Below are positions 8,240 to 17,285 of a DNA stretch of 32,000 nucleotides, in pieces (within the stretch, counting starts at the first letter, position 1; the number at the start of each line of letters is the position of its first letter). Location of the stretch: contig NZ_CP015137.1 of assembly GCF_001644705.1 (NCBI RefSeq), forward strand, positions 3,660,001 to 3,692,000. Reading direction: 5' to 3'. Under the pieces are notes generated by a model. The model made no database searches. It was given only the letters and a program-made list of their open reading frames with translations, and was not told the origin of the DNA. The DNA is from Dickeya solani IPO 2222. GTDB lineage: Bacteria; Pseudomonadota; Gammaproteobacteria; Enterobacterales; Enterobacteriaceae. The translations under genes and the position numbers were made by a program.

Positions 8240-9208
8240 ATGACGATAACGGGCTATACCCTGTTTGAACTCAGTCAGCGTTGCTCGCTGCCGCTGTATG
8301 CCATTGTCGATCCGATGCGTTATCCGGCATTGCCGGATTTCTGGCGTGCGTTTCAACCACGGTCAGCGCAGATATGGCAACGCTTGCGCTTTGAGGGTGC
8401 CGGCGACGACTGGCAGCGCTGGGCGCCGATGGTGGTGCAGGTGGAAGAGGGCGGACCGGGGGAAACGTTGCTGCACTGGCTGGCGGATACACAGTCCGCG
8501 CGCCATCAGGGCGTGATGTTGATGCATAGCGAGCAGTCACTGACGCGAGTGGCTGATTTCTGGCAGCAACGTCTGCGCTGCCGTTATCCGGACGGCACGC
8601 TGGCGCAGTTGCGCAGTCACGTACCGGATGTGTTGCGGCTGTGGTGGCAAACGCTGAACGTCGAGGAACAGACGGCGTTTATCGGGCTGCTGGACGGTTT
8701 GTATCTGCCGCTGGCGGAAGACGACTTCAGCGTTCCTTGCCGCTATCAAGCGCTGGTGGGCCAACATGAGGAGCGGCCAGTGCCGCAAGCCACCCACGAC
8801 GACTATCTGATTACCCTAAACCGCGACCAGTTTTATCGGTTATCCAACGACAACCGTCTGCACCGGCTGGCGAATGAGTTGTTTCTGTATGCCGGCACAT
8901 TGCATTGGATGCAGTTGGATATCGAGGTGGTGAAAAGCCACTTTCTCAGCGGCATTACGCTGGCCCGCATCCGCTATCCGCTTGCCTTGGAAACGGAGTG
9001 TGAAGCCTGGTCGGCCCACCGTTGGGTAATCGGCAGCGAGTTTTATCATCATCCTGTTTTTATTCATTTGACCGAGCGTTATTCGCTGGGCGACAGCATA
9101 CGGATTTTTAAATCCGAATCCGCCCAGGTGGAAGACGTTCGCCTTCATTATCACCGGCCCGGCTGGATGCGGGGCGAATTACCGGATACGACGGAGGTTA
9201 TGCCGTGA
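8240..9208 (+). CDS. DUF4123-type T6SS adaptor/chaperone, paralogue 1
   Basis: N-terminal LYAIVDPMRYPALPDFW and WQQRLRCRYPDGTLAQLRSHVPDVL match the DUF4123 pattern (YAxxD ... hLR..l.v..pdG...lRfyDPrvl). I prefer the ATG at 8240 (MTITGYTLFEL) over the TTG at 8174. Confidence 0.7.
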   Translation: MTITGYTLFELSQRCSLPLYAIVDPMRYPALPDFWRAFQPRSAQIWQRLRFEGAGDDWQRWAPMVVQVEEGGPGETLLHWLADTQSARHQGVMLMHSEQSLTRVADFWQQRLRCRYPDGTLAQLRSHVPDVLRLWWQTLNVEEQTAFIGLLDGLYLPLAEDDFSVPCRYQALVGQHEERPVPQATHDDYLITLNRDQFYRLSNDNRLHRLANELFLYAGTLHWMQLDIEVVKSHFLSGITLARIRYPLALETECEAWSAHRWVIGSEFYHHPVFIHLTERYSLGDSIRIFKSESAQVEDVRLHYHRPGWMRGELPDTTEVMP

Positions 9209-10122
9209 CGCTGTCTCAATCTTTTCTGAGTCTGCAACCGGAAACGGAAGCGGCCTGGCAGGCGCGACTGGCCGCAGGCGGGTGCTTTGTGGTCGCCGAA
9301 GCGGCACTGAACGATGCGGTCCCCTGGCTGGCGGAGCGCTGGGGCGGCAGTCTGGAACAAACCCGTCTGTACTGGGGCGAAACCGGACAGGTTCATGCGT
9401 CCGTCTCGCCTTATTGCATTCCCGTCCATCCGGCCAACTGGCCACAGGTGCGTGAACATCTGTTGACGCAGCCAGGCTGGGGACTGGGAGTACAACTCGA
9501 CGGGTTTATGCAGGCTTACTCGCCGCTCGACCAACTGCTGGAGCTGGTAAAACACTTGCGACAGTGGAGTCTGATCGCCACCCAGGAAGGCGACAGCGCT
9601 ATTCTGCGCATCAGCGATTGGGAAGTGATCTCCCCGCTACTGGCGGCGAGTTCGCCGCAAGAAGCCACCGCGCTCTACGGCCCGATCGCCACCTTTTGCG
9701 ATATGGCGCCCGACGGCACCGTACAGAGCCTGACGCTGACCGAACGAACCGCACACAACCCGCCCGATACCTTGCCGCGCTCGCTCAGCGAGGCGCAGTG
9801 GCTGGCGCTACTGGCGCCGGCGACGCGTCAGGCGCTGGACAGCTACATGGCGCATCTCCGCACGCATCACCAGCGCTGGCAGAACAGTGATGACGACAGC
9901 TTGCTGAATTTCACCTGTCAGCAGACCGAACAGGCCCGTATTCAGGGATTTAATAACGACCGCGATATCGTGCGCTATCTGGCGCTGGCCACCGAGCTGG
10001 AACCAGCCTTTATCCACCAGCCGTGGGCGCAGACGATTCTGGCACAGCCGGAGTATATCGGCGCGCAAAACCGTATGGACCGCCTGTATAAGACGGCGAT
10101 TGACCAACTGGACGACGCATAA
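9205..10122 (+). CDS. DUF4123-like T6SS adaptor/chaperone, paralogue 2
   Basis: SPYCIPVHPANWPQV...VKHLRQWSLIATQEGDSAILRISDWEVISPLL follows the same DUF4123 pattern. The GTG start overlaps the upstream stop (GTGA). A related C-terminal helical region is present. Confidence 0.6.
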   Translation: MTLSQSFLSLQPETEAAWQARLAAGGCFVVAEAALNDAVPWLAERWGGSLEQTRLYWGETGQVHASVSPYCIPVHPANWPQVREHLLTQPGWGLGVQLDGFMQAYSPLDQLLELVKHLRQWSLIATQEGDSAILRISDWEVISPLLAASSPQEATALYGPIATFCDMAPDGTVQSLTLTERTAHNPPDTLPRSLSEAQWLALLAPATRQALDSYMAHLRTHHQRWQNSDDDSLLNFTCQQTEQARIQGFNNDRDIVRYLALATELEPAFIHQPWAQTILAQPEYIGAQNRMDRLYKTAIDQLDDA

Positions 10123-10141
10123 CGAAAAAGGATGACTTGTC

Positions 10142-13100
10142 ATGAGTCAGGATAAAAAGGCGACGCTGCTGTCGAGTGAAGACGCAGCCAATCAGAATTT
10201 TGCCACGGATAACCAAATTTCAGGCGGTTGCGCCAAATGCGGCTGCGAAGTGTTGATTCACTACCACTATGACTCCGGGAAACCGGTGCCTAACGCGCCG
10301 TTCATCCTGATTGATAGCAATAAGACGGAAATCCACGGCAAAACCGACGCCAAAGGGTTATGCAAAATTTACGACATGGGATGCGGCACGTTTGAGCTGA
10401 TGCTGGATGAAGGCTCCGACGATTTCAAACCCCGTGAAACCGTGGAAAACAACCCGGTATTACAGTCAAATCCGGCTTATGCGACGCTGGCGGGAGAGTA
10501 TTTCACGCTGTTTTTGTTGCTGCGCAAGCAGGGATTGGTGACCTACGACGCGGATGACAGCAGCGATCGGCATGTGGATGTCGACGGCGCGGGGATTTTT
10601 ACCTCCATTCCCAAGGAGTACCGCAAATCCTATGACCGCTTCTGGGAACTGGATAAACGTATTAACCACGGCAGTCGTCAGCTAAAGAAGGCGATTAACA
10701 AAATCCATCACAGCCTGGCGGCGGAAGTGGCGGACAAAGGCGGGGATGACAACGCGGCGCTGATGCTGTTTTGTGAAATCGCGCTGGGCTTTATTCCGGT
10801 GGTCGGGCAGGCGATGGATGTCTATTCGATCGGCGAGTGGAGCTGGCAGTCTTACCAGGAACCGGCCAAGCTGGAAGACCCGTTGCATATCGCCGAAGGC
10901 GCACTCTGTGCGATAGGGGTAATTCCAGGATTGGGCGACGCGCTGAAGGTCAGCGGGCGGGCGATTATCCGGGCGCTCAAGGTCGGGACGCCGAAAGAGT
11001 TGCAGTTCGCCATCAGGACTATCCGCAGCCTGTCGGACGGCAATCTGGTGAAAGGGCTGACCAAACTGCGCGCTGAGCTGCAAAATTATGGCGCGCAGGC
11101 CAAAGCCCTATTGCTGAAGATTCATGCGGTGCTCAAACAGGTGCTGGCCGAGTCGAAGCTGAAAAACAACTGGATTGTGTCGCTGATGAAAGACAGCTTC
11201 AGCGCCATGATCACCGCGCTGGAAAAGCTGATCGCCAAATATGACAGCGCGCTGGCCTATATTGAGTCCAAATTCAATGAGTTTATCGGCAAGGTCATCA
11301 CCCGCGTGAGCGGCAGCGCCAGGCCGAAGGGGAGCATCGCTAAGGCAGCCGAAGCGCCAAAAGCGCCGGCGCATGCTGAAAGCCAGGCGGCCAAACCGGC
11401 TACCCCAAAATCCGACAATTCAATAACCAAGGCCGATGACGGAAAGCCGAAAAATGCGGTGAGTGAAAAGAAACGGCGCACATCGTCGAAAGAAACCGAG
11501 GACATTAGCGCCGGGAGTAATAAGGGCGAACAGCCGGATCACGCCCCGCAGCAGAAAAAAGCCGGGGAAGAGGACAACGCGTGCAAAGCTGGCAGCGATA
11601 AGTGCCAGAGTGAAGGCGAGCCGGTGGATATGGCGACCGGTTACGTGGTGGACTGGCGCACCGACGTTGAGCTGACGGGGTTGCTGCCGTTATCCATGAA
11701 GCGCTATTACCGCTCAGGCGGGGAGCGGAAACCGGGGCTGTTAGGGGCGCTGTGGCGCACCAACTGGGATATGAGCCTGGAGCTGAAAAACGGCATCGCT
11801 ACCCTGACTGACGGCGAGTTCAACCAGACGGTATTCGTGCTGCCTGACGAGGGAGCGTTCAGCCGCGCGCCGTCCAGCCCGCAGTGGCGGTTGACGCGTC
11901 AACAGGGGCAGCTCGTGCTGCAACATGTGGACGGCTTGCGTTATCGCTTTGAACATGCGCTGGGGCTGCAACTTTGCCTCAGCGCGATGGAAGACCGGGC
12001 GGGCAACCGGATCGCCCTGCTGTGGGATCGCGCCGATCTGTGCTGGATAGCGCTGCCGGATGGCCGTCTGGTACATGTGGAGACACAGCGGCGGCGGATT
12101 GTGAAACTGACGCTGTGCGATGAGCATCGTCAGACGCTAAAAACGTTGGTCAGCTACCGCTACGATGCGCAAGGTCATCTGCTCAGCGTGCGCGCCGGCG
12201 AAGGGCGTAATTTCGATTACCGCTACTCGCCGGAAGGCTGGCTGTTGCGCTGGTCCGATCTGGCTCACACCTGGGTCGAACATGACTACGACGCGCAGGG
12301 GCGCGCGTTGCGCGACAGAACGGCGGAAGGTTTCTGGCCCGGTTCGTTCAGTTACGACGCCGATAGCCTCACCAACCACTATCACAGCGGGTTCGGCGGG
12401 GTGACCACCTATGTGCGCGATGGGCGCAATAATATTCTGTGCCGCCGCGAGCCGGACGGCGGCGAGGTCCAATTCGAGTGGGACAACAACCAGCTGGCGG
12501 CGCAGATTGACCCGCTGGGCCAGCGCACCGTGTATCAGCGTAACGACTGGGGGCAGGTGACGGTGGTGACGCTGCCGGACGGGAGCGTACACCGTTACGA
12601 TTACGACGATGACGGTCAGCTGCTGGCCTATACCGACCCGTTGGGCAACGCCTGGAACTATTCCCGCAACGCTCAGGGGTTGGTGGAAACGGCCAGCGAT
12701 CCGGAGGGGCGGACTTGGCATCATGCGTACACGGCGCAGGGGCTGTTGTCGGCGGTAACCGGGCCGGATGGCCGCGAGCAGCGTTATCATTACAACCGGC
12801 GCGGGTTGCTGGAACGGCTGGAACCGGGCGAGGCGCCGACGGTGACCTTTTTCTACGATGCGCAGGACCGGCTGACGGCGCGACATATCGCGCATGAGCA
12901 AGGCGTGCAGGTGCGGCGCTGGGATTATGAAGGCGGACGCGACACGCCGTCGAAAGTGGTGTACGAAGACGGCAGCGAAACCCGTTTTGGCTACGATACG
13001 GAAGGCAACCTGACCTCGGTGACGGATGCGCTGGGGCAGCGGTACCTGTTCCGCTATGGCGCGTTTGATAACCTGCTGGAAGCGACCGACCCGCTGGGTG

Positions 13101-15124
13101 CGACCGTCCGCTATCATTACAATGCGGAAGCGGAATTCGCCGGGGTGACCAACAGCCAGGGGCAGGCGTGGCAATACCAGTTTGACGCCTGTGGCCGGCT
13201 GAGCGAAGAGCGGCATTACGACGGCCGGGTGTACCGTTACGATTACGATGTGGCAGGCCGGCTGACAGGGCGCAGCGCACCGGACGGCAGCCAGCTTGCG
13301 TACGGGTATGACGTGGGCGGCCGCCTGAGCGAGATTCAGGCCTGCCGTGCGGACGGGGCCAGTGAAGGTGTCACCACGTTCGGCTATGACCTGTCGGGCC
13401 GGCTGCTGAAGGCGGCGAGCCCGGACGCGGTGGTGGAGTACGCGTATAACTGTGCCGGACAGGTGGTGTCGGAGCGGGTAAACGGCGAGGAGGTGCGCAC
13501 CGGTTACGACGACGGCGGGCAGCGGTCGGTGGTGGAAGGGCTGCTGTCGTCGCTGAGTCTGGGCTGGCAGGGCGGGCGGCTGACCACGCTGAGCATCGGT
13601 TCGCATCAACCGCTGACGTTCAGCCACACGGCGTCGGGGTATGAACAGCGGCGCAGCAATGGCGAAGGTTTTGCGCTGCGCCACGAGTGGAGCGCCACCG
13701 GGCTGCTGGCGGGCCAGGCGCTGGACGGGGTAAACGGGGTGCTGGAGCGTCGCTACCAGTACGACGTGCTGGACCGTCTGACGGGCATCACGGACAGTCA
13801 CTGGGGTGAGCAGGCGTTCCGGCTGAACGGCGCCGGGCAGGTGACGGCGGAGCGTCGCGAGCAGGGTCGGCAGCGGCAGGCGCGGCTGTTTGGCTACGAC
13901 AGCGAACAGAACCTGTGCGAGGTGTCGGCGATAGCGCCGGACGGCGCAGGGCGGCTGTCGGCAAAAAACGCGGCGGTGCAGTCGTCGGCGGGTTACGATG
14001 AGGCGGGCCGGGTGACGCAGCGCGGCGGCCGTCAGTATCAGTACGACGCCTGCGGCCGTCTGGTGAGCCGACGGGAAAGCCGTCCCGGCTTCCGACCGCA
14101 GGAAACGCGGTTTGAGTGGGACGCGCAGGACCGGCTGGTGCGGGTGAGTTTGCCGGACGGGGCGCGGTGGCGGTATTGTTACGACGCATTCGGACGGCGG
14201 GTAAGCAAGGTGCGCGAGGGCCAGGTGCCATCGGCGCAGGCGGTAGCGCGGGTGGCGTACCGGTGGGATGGCGACCAGCTGTCGGGCCAGACGCAGTACC
14301 GTGTTGACGGCAGCGTGGCGCGGGCGGTGCAGTGGGTGTACGAGCCGGGGAGTTTCCGGCCGCTGGCGCAGGTGGAGGAGCAGGCGGGCCAGACCCGGCT
14401 GCACTATATCGTGACGGACCTGACGGGCACGGCGCGGGAGCTGTGCAGCGAAACGGGAGAAGTACACTGGCGCGGCGAACAGGGACTGTGGGGACCGCAC
14501 CGGGAGGAGCGGATACCCATTCCGCTACGGCGTTATCTGGGTGATGCGACGAACGAAGAGGTGTACTGCGAGCTGCGTTATCAGGGCCAGGTATACGACG
14601 CGGAAACGGGACTGTACTACAACCGGCACCGCTACTACGACCCGGAGTTGGGGCAGTATATCTCGGCGGACCCGATAGGGCTGGCAGGAGGGCTGAGGCC
14701 GCAGGGGTATGTGCATAATCCGCTGGAATGGGTGGATCCACTGGGATTGGTGGGGTGTCCTGGCGAGAAAAACAAAAAAACCACATATGAAGGTGAAAGC
14801 CGTCGTGATGCATTTAGGCAAGCTAAACGGGATGCTGGAATACCTAATAGCCAGCAGCCTCGTAGTGTAACTAGACCAGACCTTCTTGATGGTGAAGGTA
14901 AGAAAATATTAGATGGTAGTGGACAACCAATTAAAACTAGACAATATGAATTTATTAATAATAAAGGCGAAAAAATATTTATACAGGAACATAGTTTGGG
15001 TCATACAAAAGCTACGCCTTTACATGGGGCAGATCCACATTTCAATGTTAGACCTTCTGATAACTTGAATACAGGTAGTGTTCCTGGAACACATGGGCAT
15101 TACAATTTTCTTAGAGGATACTAA
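10142..15124 (+). CDS. rhs: Rhs-family T6SS toxin (YD-repeat shell) with a non-PAAR N-terminal region and a polymorphic C-terminal toxin domain
   Basis: 1660-aa ORF. The core opens with [20 protein letters not shown] (about 11615). There are many YD repeats (YxYDxxGRL). The core closes with [12 protein letters not shown] (about 14714-14749), followed by a low-GC tail of about 125 aa. Confidence 0.95.
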   Translation: MSQDKKATLLSSEDAANQNFATDNQISGGCAKCGCEVLIHYHYDSGKPVPNAPFILIDSNKTEIHGKTDAKGLCKIYDMGCGTFELMLDEGSDDFKPRETVENNPVLQSNPAYATLAGEYFTLFLLLRKQGLVTYDADDSSDRHVDVDGAGIFTSIPKEYRKSYDRFWELDKRINHGSRQLKKAINKIHHSLAAEVADKGGDDNAALMLFCEIALGFIPVVGQAMDVYSIGEWSWQSYQEPAKLEDPLHIAEGALCAIGVIPGLGDALKVSGRAIIRALKVGTPKELQFAIRTIRSLSDGNLVKGLTKLRAELQNYGAQAKALLLKIHAVLKQVLAESKLKNNWIVSLMKDSFSAMITALEKLIAKYDSALAYIESKFNEFIGKVITRVSGSARPKGSIAKAAEAPKAPAHAESQAAKPATPKSDNSITKADDGKPKNAVSEKKRRTSSKETEDISAGSNKGEQPDHAPQQKKAGEEDNACKAGSDKCQSEGEPVDMATGYVVDWRTDVELTGLLPLSMKRYYRSGGERKPGLLGALWRTNWDMSLELKNGIATLTDGEFNQTVFVLPDEGAFSRAPSSPQWRLTRQQGQLVLQHVDGLRYRFEHALGLQLCLSAMEDRAGNRIALLWDRADLCWIALPDGRLVHVETQRRRIVKLTLCDEHRQTLKTLVSYRYDAQGHLLSVRAGEGRNFDYRYSPEGWLLRWSDLAHTWVEHDYDAQGRALRDRTAEGFWPGSFSYDADSLTNHYHSGFGGVTTYVRDGRNNILCRREPDGGEVQFEWDNNQLAAQIDPLGQRTVYQRNDWGQVTVVTLPDGSVHRYDYDDDGQLLAYTDPLGNAWNYSRNAQGLVETASDPEGRTWHHAYTAQGLLSAVTGPDGREQRYHYNRRGLLERLEPGEAPTVTFFYDAQDRLTARHIAHEQGVQVRRWDYEGGRDTPSKVVYEDGSETRFGYDTEGNLTSVTDALGQRYLFRYGAFDNLLEATDPLGATVRYHYNAEAEFAGVTNSQGQAWQYQFDACGRLSEERHYDGRVYRYDYDVAGRLTGRSAPDGSQLAYGYDVGGRLSEIQACRADGASEGVTTFGYDLSGRLLKAASPDAVVEYAYNCAGQVVSERVNGEEVRTGYDDGGQRSVVEGLLSSLSLGWQGGRLTTLSIGSHQPLTFSHTASGYEQRRSNGEGFALRHEWSATGLLAGQALDGVNGVLERRYQYDVLDRLTGITDSHWGEQAFRLNGAGQVTAERREQGRQRQARLFGYDSEQNLCEVSAIAPDGAGRLSAKNAAVQSSAGYDEAGRVTQRGGRQYQYDACGRLVSRRESRPGFRPQETRFEWDAQDRLVRVSLPDGARWRYCYDAFGRRVSKVREGQVPSAQAVARVAYRWDGDQLSGQTQYRVDGSVARAVQWVYEPGSFRPLAQVEEQAGQTRLHYIVTDLTGTARELCSETGEVHWRGEQGLWGPHREERIPIPLRRYLGDATNEEVYCELRYQGQVYDAETGLYYNRHRYYDPELGQYISADPIGLAGGLRPQGYVHNPLEWVDPLGLVGCPGEKNKKTTYEGESRRDAFRQAKRDAGIPNSQQPRSVTRPDLLDGEGKKILDGSGQPIKTRQYEFINNKGEKIFIQEHSLGHTKATPLHGADPHFNVRPSDNLNTGSVPGTHGHYNFLRGY

Positions 15125-15126
15125 TT

Positions 15127-15516
15127 ATGTGGTTTGAACATGCTATAGGGAAAGAAAAAATAAAATTCATGTTCGATAATGAACTAAGTATTCAACGCAT
15201 TGAAGTTAATAGTTTTTCACTGGAACGGTTTTCAGACTTGAAATTTCACTTTTTTTGTAATGAAATCCCCAGAAAATTTCCTGTGAAATGGAGAGGTGAG
15301 GGGTTTAATGCTCTTAGTCTGGTAATTGTTTTTGGTGATGTGACTCAATTAAATATTGTTGGTTCGAGGGTCGGTTTTTTTTGTTCTCCGCTAATAAATT
15401 CTTCAAGTGATTATTCTGAGATAACGATAAAAAATAGTGATCTTGATTTTTATTGCAGGTCGAGGTTTTTAACCATAGAAAGTATTACGCCATATATTGA
15501 TGAGCGATGGGATTAA
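15127..15516 (+). CDS. Cognate Rhs immunity protein (RhsI-type, family not assigned)
   Basis: 129-aa ORF starting 2 nt after the rhs stop. It has the same low G+C as the toxin tail. It is paralogous to the ORF at 16831-17217, which sits in the identical position after the orphan toxin. Confidence 0.8.
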   Translation: MWFEHAIGKEKIKFMFDNELSIQRIEVNSFSLERFSDLKFHFFCNEIPRKFPVKWRGEGFNALSLVIVFGDVTQLNIVGSRVGFFCSPLINSSSDYSEITIKNSDLDFYCRSRFLTIESITPYIDERWD

Positions 15517-15536
15517 TTATTATGAGTGATTAACCT

Positions 15537-15577
15537 AAAAAGCCGGAAGCGATTTCAACGATCCTTCCGGCTTTTTT
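15537..15577. terminator. Bidirectional rho-independent terminator closing cassette 1
   Basis: AAAAAGCCGGAAGCGAT-loop-ATCCTTCCGGCTTTTTT: a GC-rich stem flanked by an A-run and a T-run. It is repeated after cassette 2. Confidence 0.75.
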
Positions 15578-15595
15578 ATTTAGCCGTCAGCGTGA

Positions 15596-15842
15596 TTACG
15601 CCAGCATCTCACCCGGTGCAGCGCGGAAGATGATCCGACCGGGCAGGGCTTCAATGCTGAACGGTGGGTTGAGTAAACCGCTCTGGGTAAGCCAGTCGCC
15701 TGCCAGCGTCAATTCGCCGTTGTCGCTCACCCAGTCCGCGCCTTCGTGTCGATGCCGTCCAGTTCGGCTATCAGCGCGGCAATATCGGTGTCTTCGTCCA
15801 ACTGGTTCAGCATCAGCTCGTTGCGATAGCCGGACTGGATAA
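15596..15842 (-). pseudogene. SymE/AbrB-fold-like gene remnant, copy 1 (frameshifted and 5'-truncated by the rhs fragment)
   Basis: The minus-strand C-terminus EGADWVSDNGELTLAGDWLTQSGLLNPPFSIEALPGRIIFRAAPGEMLA* resembles the E. coli SymE core (ITLKGQWLEAAGF...GCIVLT). The upstream part (SGYRNELMLNQLDEDTDIAALIAELDGIDTK) lies in a different frame. Confidence 0.5.
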
Positions 15843-16828
15843 CCGGGGTACTGGAGCGTCGCTACCAGTACGACGTGCTGGACCGTCTGACGGGCATCAC
15901 GAGCAGGCTTTCCGTCTGAACGGCGCAGGCGGTAGCGCGGGTGGCGTACCGGTGGGATGGCGACCAGCTGTCGGGCCAGACGCAGTACCGTGTTGACGGC
16001 AGCGTGGCACGCGCGGTGCAGTGGGTGTACGAGCCGGGGAGTTTCCGGCCGCTGGCGCAGGTGGAGGAGCAGGCGGGCTAGACCCGGCTGCACTATATCG
16101 TGACGGATCTGACGGGCACGGCGCGGGAGCTGTGCAGCGAAACGGGAGAAGTGCACTGGCGCGGCGAACAGGGACTGTGGGGAGCGCACCGGGAAGAGCG
16201 GATACCCATTCCGCTGCGGCGTTATCTGGGTGATGCGGCGAACGAGGAGGTGTACTGCGAGCTGCGTTATCAGGGCCAGGTATACGACGCGGAAACAGGG
16301 CTGTACTACAACCGGCACCGCTACTACGACCCGGAGTTGGGGCAGTATATCTCGGCAGACCCGATAGGTTTACAGGGGGGTATCCGGCCGCAGGGATATG
16401 TGCATAACCCGATGGAGTGGGTGGATCCGCTGGGGTTGGTTGGATGTCCCGGTGAGAAAAACAAAAAAACTACATATGAAGGTGAAAGCCGTCGTGATGC
16501 ATTTAGGCAAGCTAAACGGGATGCTGGAATACCAATGAGTCAACAACCCCGTAGTGTAACGAGGCCAGACCTTCTTGATGGTAACGGTAATGTAATGCTG
16601 GATAAGAATGGGTTGCCAATTAAAACTAGACAATATGAATTCCTTAATAATAAAGGCGAAAAAATATTTATACAGGAACATAGTTTGGGTCATACAAAAG
16701 CGACGCCTTTGCATGGCGCAGATCCACATTTTAATGTAAGGCCATCGGATCCCATAACTGGCGTTGCGTTAGACACGAAGACTCCACCGGGAGTACACGG
16801 ACATTACAACTTCCTTAGAGGATACTAA
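15843..16828 (+). pseudogene. Orphan rhs 3' fragment with a variant C-terminal toxin domain (decayed; no credible own start)
   Basis: 15845-15900 matches rhs 13736-13795, and 15921 onward matches rhs 14232 onward at a constant offset of 1689. Relative to the main gene it lacks 16 nt and about 0.4 kb. It has TAG (16079-16081) where the main gene has CAG. The tracked ORF 16100-16828 begins at an internal GTG with no Shine-Dalgarno sequence. Confidence 0.85.
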
Positions 16829-16830
16829 TT

Positions 16831-17217
16831 ATGTGGTTTGAACATGCTTTAGGGAAAGAGAAAATTCAATTTATGTTTGGTAATGAGTTTTCTCTGTTAG
16901 ATTTAGAGTTAATTTCATTTTCTTTTAATGTTTCTAGTTTGTATTTGAGCTTTTCCTGTCGAAATATTCCTGAAAAATATCCTAAAAAATGGGATGGTGA
17001 TGGTTTTAATTCATTGCTGTTAAGTATTACTCTTTCTGATGTTGTTTATTTTGAAAGTAAAGGTGCTAATGTTATGTTTACTTCAACACCAATAATTAAA
17101 ACAGATAAAGAATTTTCGATTCTTGAAATAAATAACCCCAAGCTTTATTTTTACTGCAAATCAAAATTTTTAACAGTTAATGATATCAAACCTTATATTG
17201 ATGACCGTTGGGATTGA
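16831..17217 (+). CDS. Orphan Rhs immunity protein (paralogue of 15127-15516)
   Basis: 128-aa intact ORF starting 2 nt after the orphan toxin stop. The conserved ends (MWFEHA.GKEKI.FMF ... FYC.S.FLT...I.PYID.RWD) are shared with the first immunity protein. About half of the positions are identical in my hand alignment. Confidence 0.8.
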   Translation: MWFEHALGKEKIQFMFGNEFSLLDLELISFSFNVSSLYLSFSCRNIPEKYPKKWDGDGFNSLLLSITLSDVVYFESKGANVMFTSTPIIKTDKEFSILEINNPKLYFYCKSKFLTVNDIKPYIDDRWD

Positions 17218-17224
17218 TTTTCAT

Positions 17225-17265
17225 AAAAAAGCCGGAAGTGATCCAACGATCCTTCCGGCTTTTTT
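17225..17265. terminator. Bidirectional rho-independent terminator closing cassette 2
   Basis: AAAAAAGCCGGAAGTGAT-loop-ATCCTTCCGGCTTTTTT, a near-identical copy of the hairpin at 15537-15577. Confidence 0.75.
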
Positions 17266-17285
17266 CTATTTAGCTGTCAGCGCTA

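Larger units (their letters stand above)
14232..15745 (+). repeat. Tandem cassette repeat, copy A (rhs 3' core, CT toxin, immunity, terminator, SymE-like 3' end)
   Basis: Direct comparison with 15921-17435. The flanks are near-identical (1-3 mismatches per 60 nt in the blocks I compared, 14401-14520). The centre has diverged. The offset is 1689-1690. Confidence 0.9.

Noticed and set aside
12137-14500. 787-aa minus-strand ORF, together with 13788-14813 and 12369-13280, antisense to rhs
   Set aside because: These are mirror-frame ORFs of a GC-rich gene. They are Arg/Pro/Ala/His-rich low-complexity translations with no start context. The plus-strand YD-repeat reading is unambiguous.
15596-16318. 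240-aa minus-strand ORF spanning the cassette junction
   Set aside because: It is chimeric. Only its last ~50 codons (the SymE-like part) look genuine. The rest is antisense to the orphan rhs fragment.
16100-16828. Orphan toxin as an independently translated 242-aa protein starting at the GTG at 16100
   Set aside because: The GTG is an internal Val codon of the rhs frame (IVTDLTG). It has no Shine-Dalgarno sequence upstream and lies just after a nonsense codon. The product would also lack the Rhs shell.
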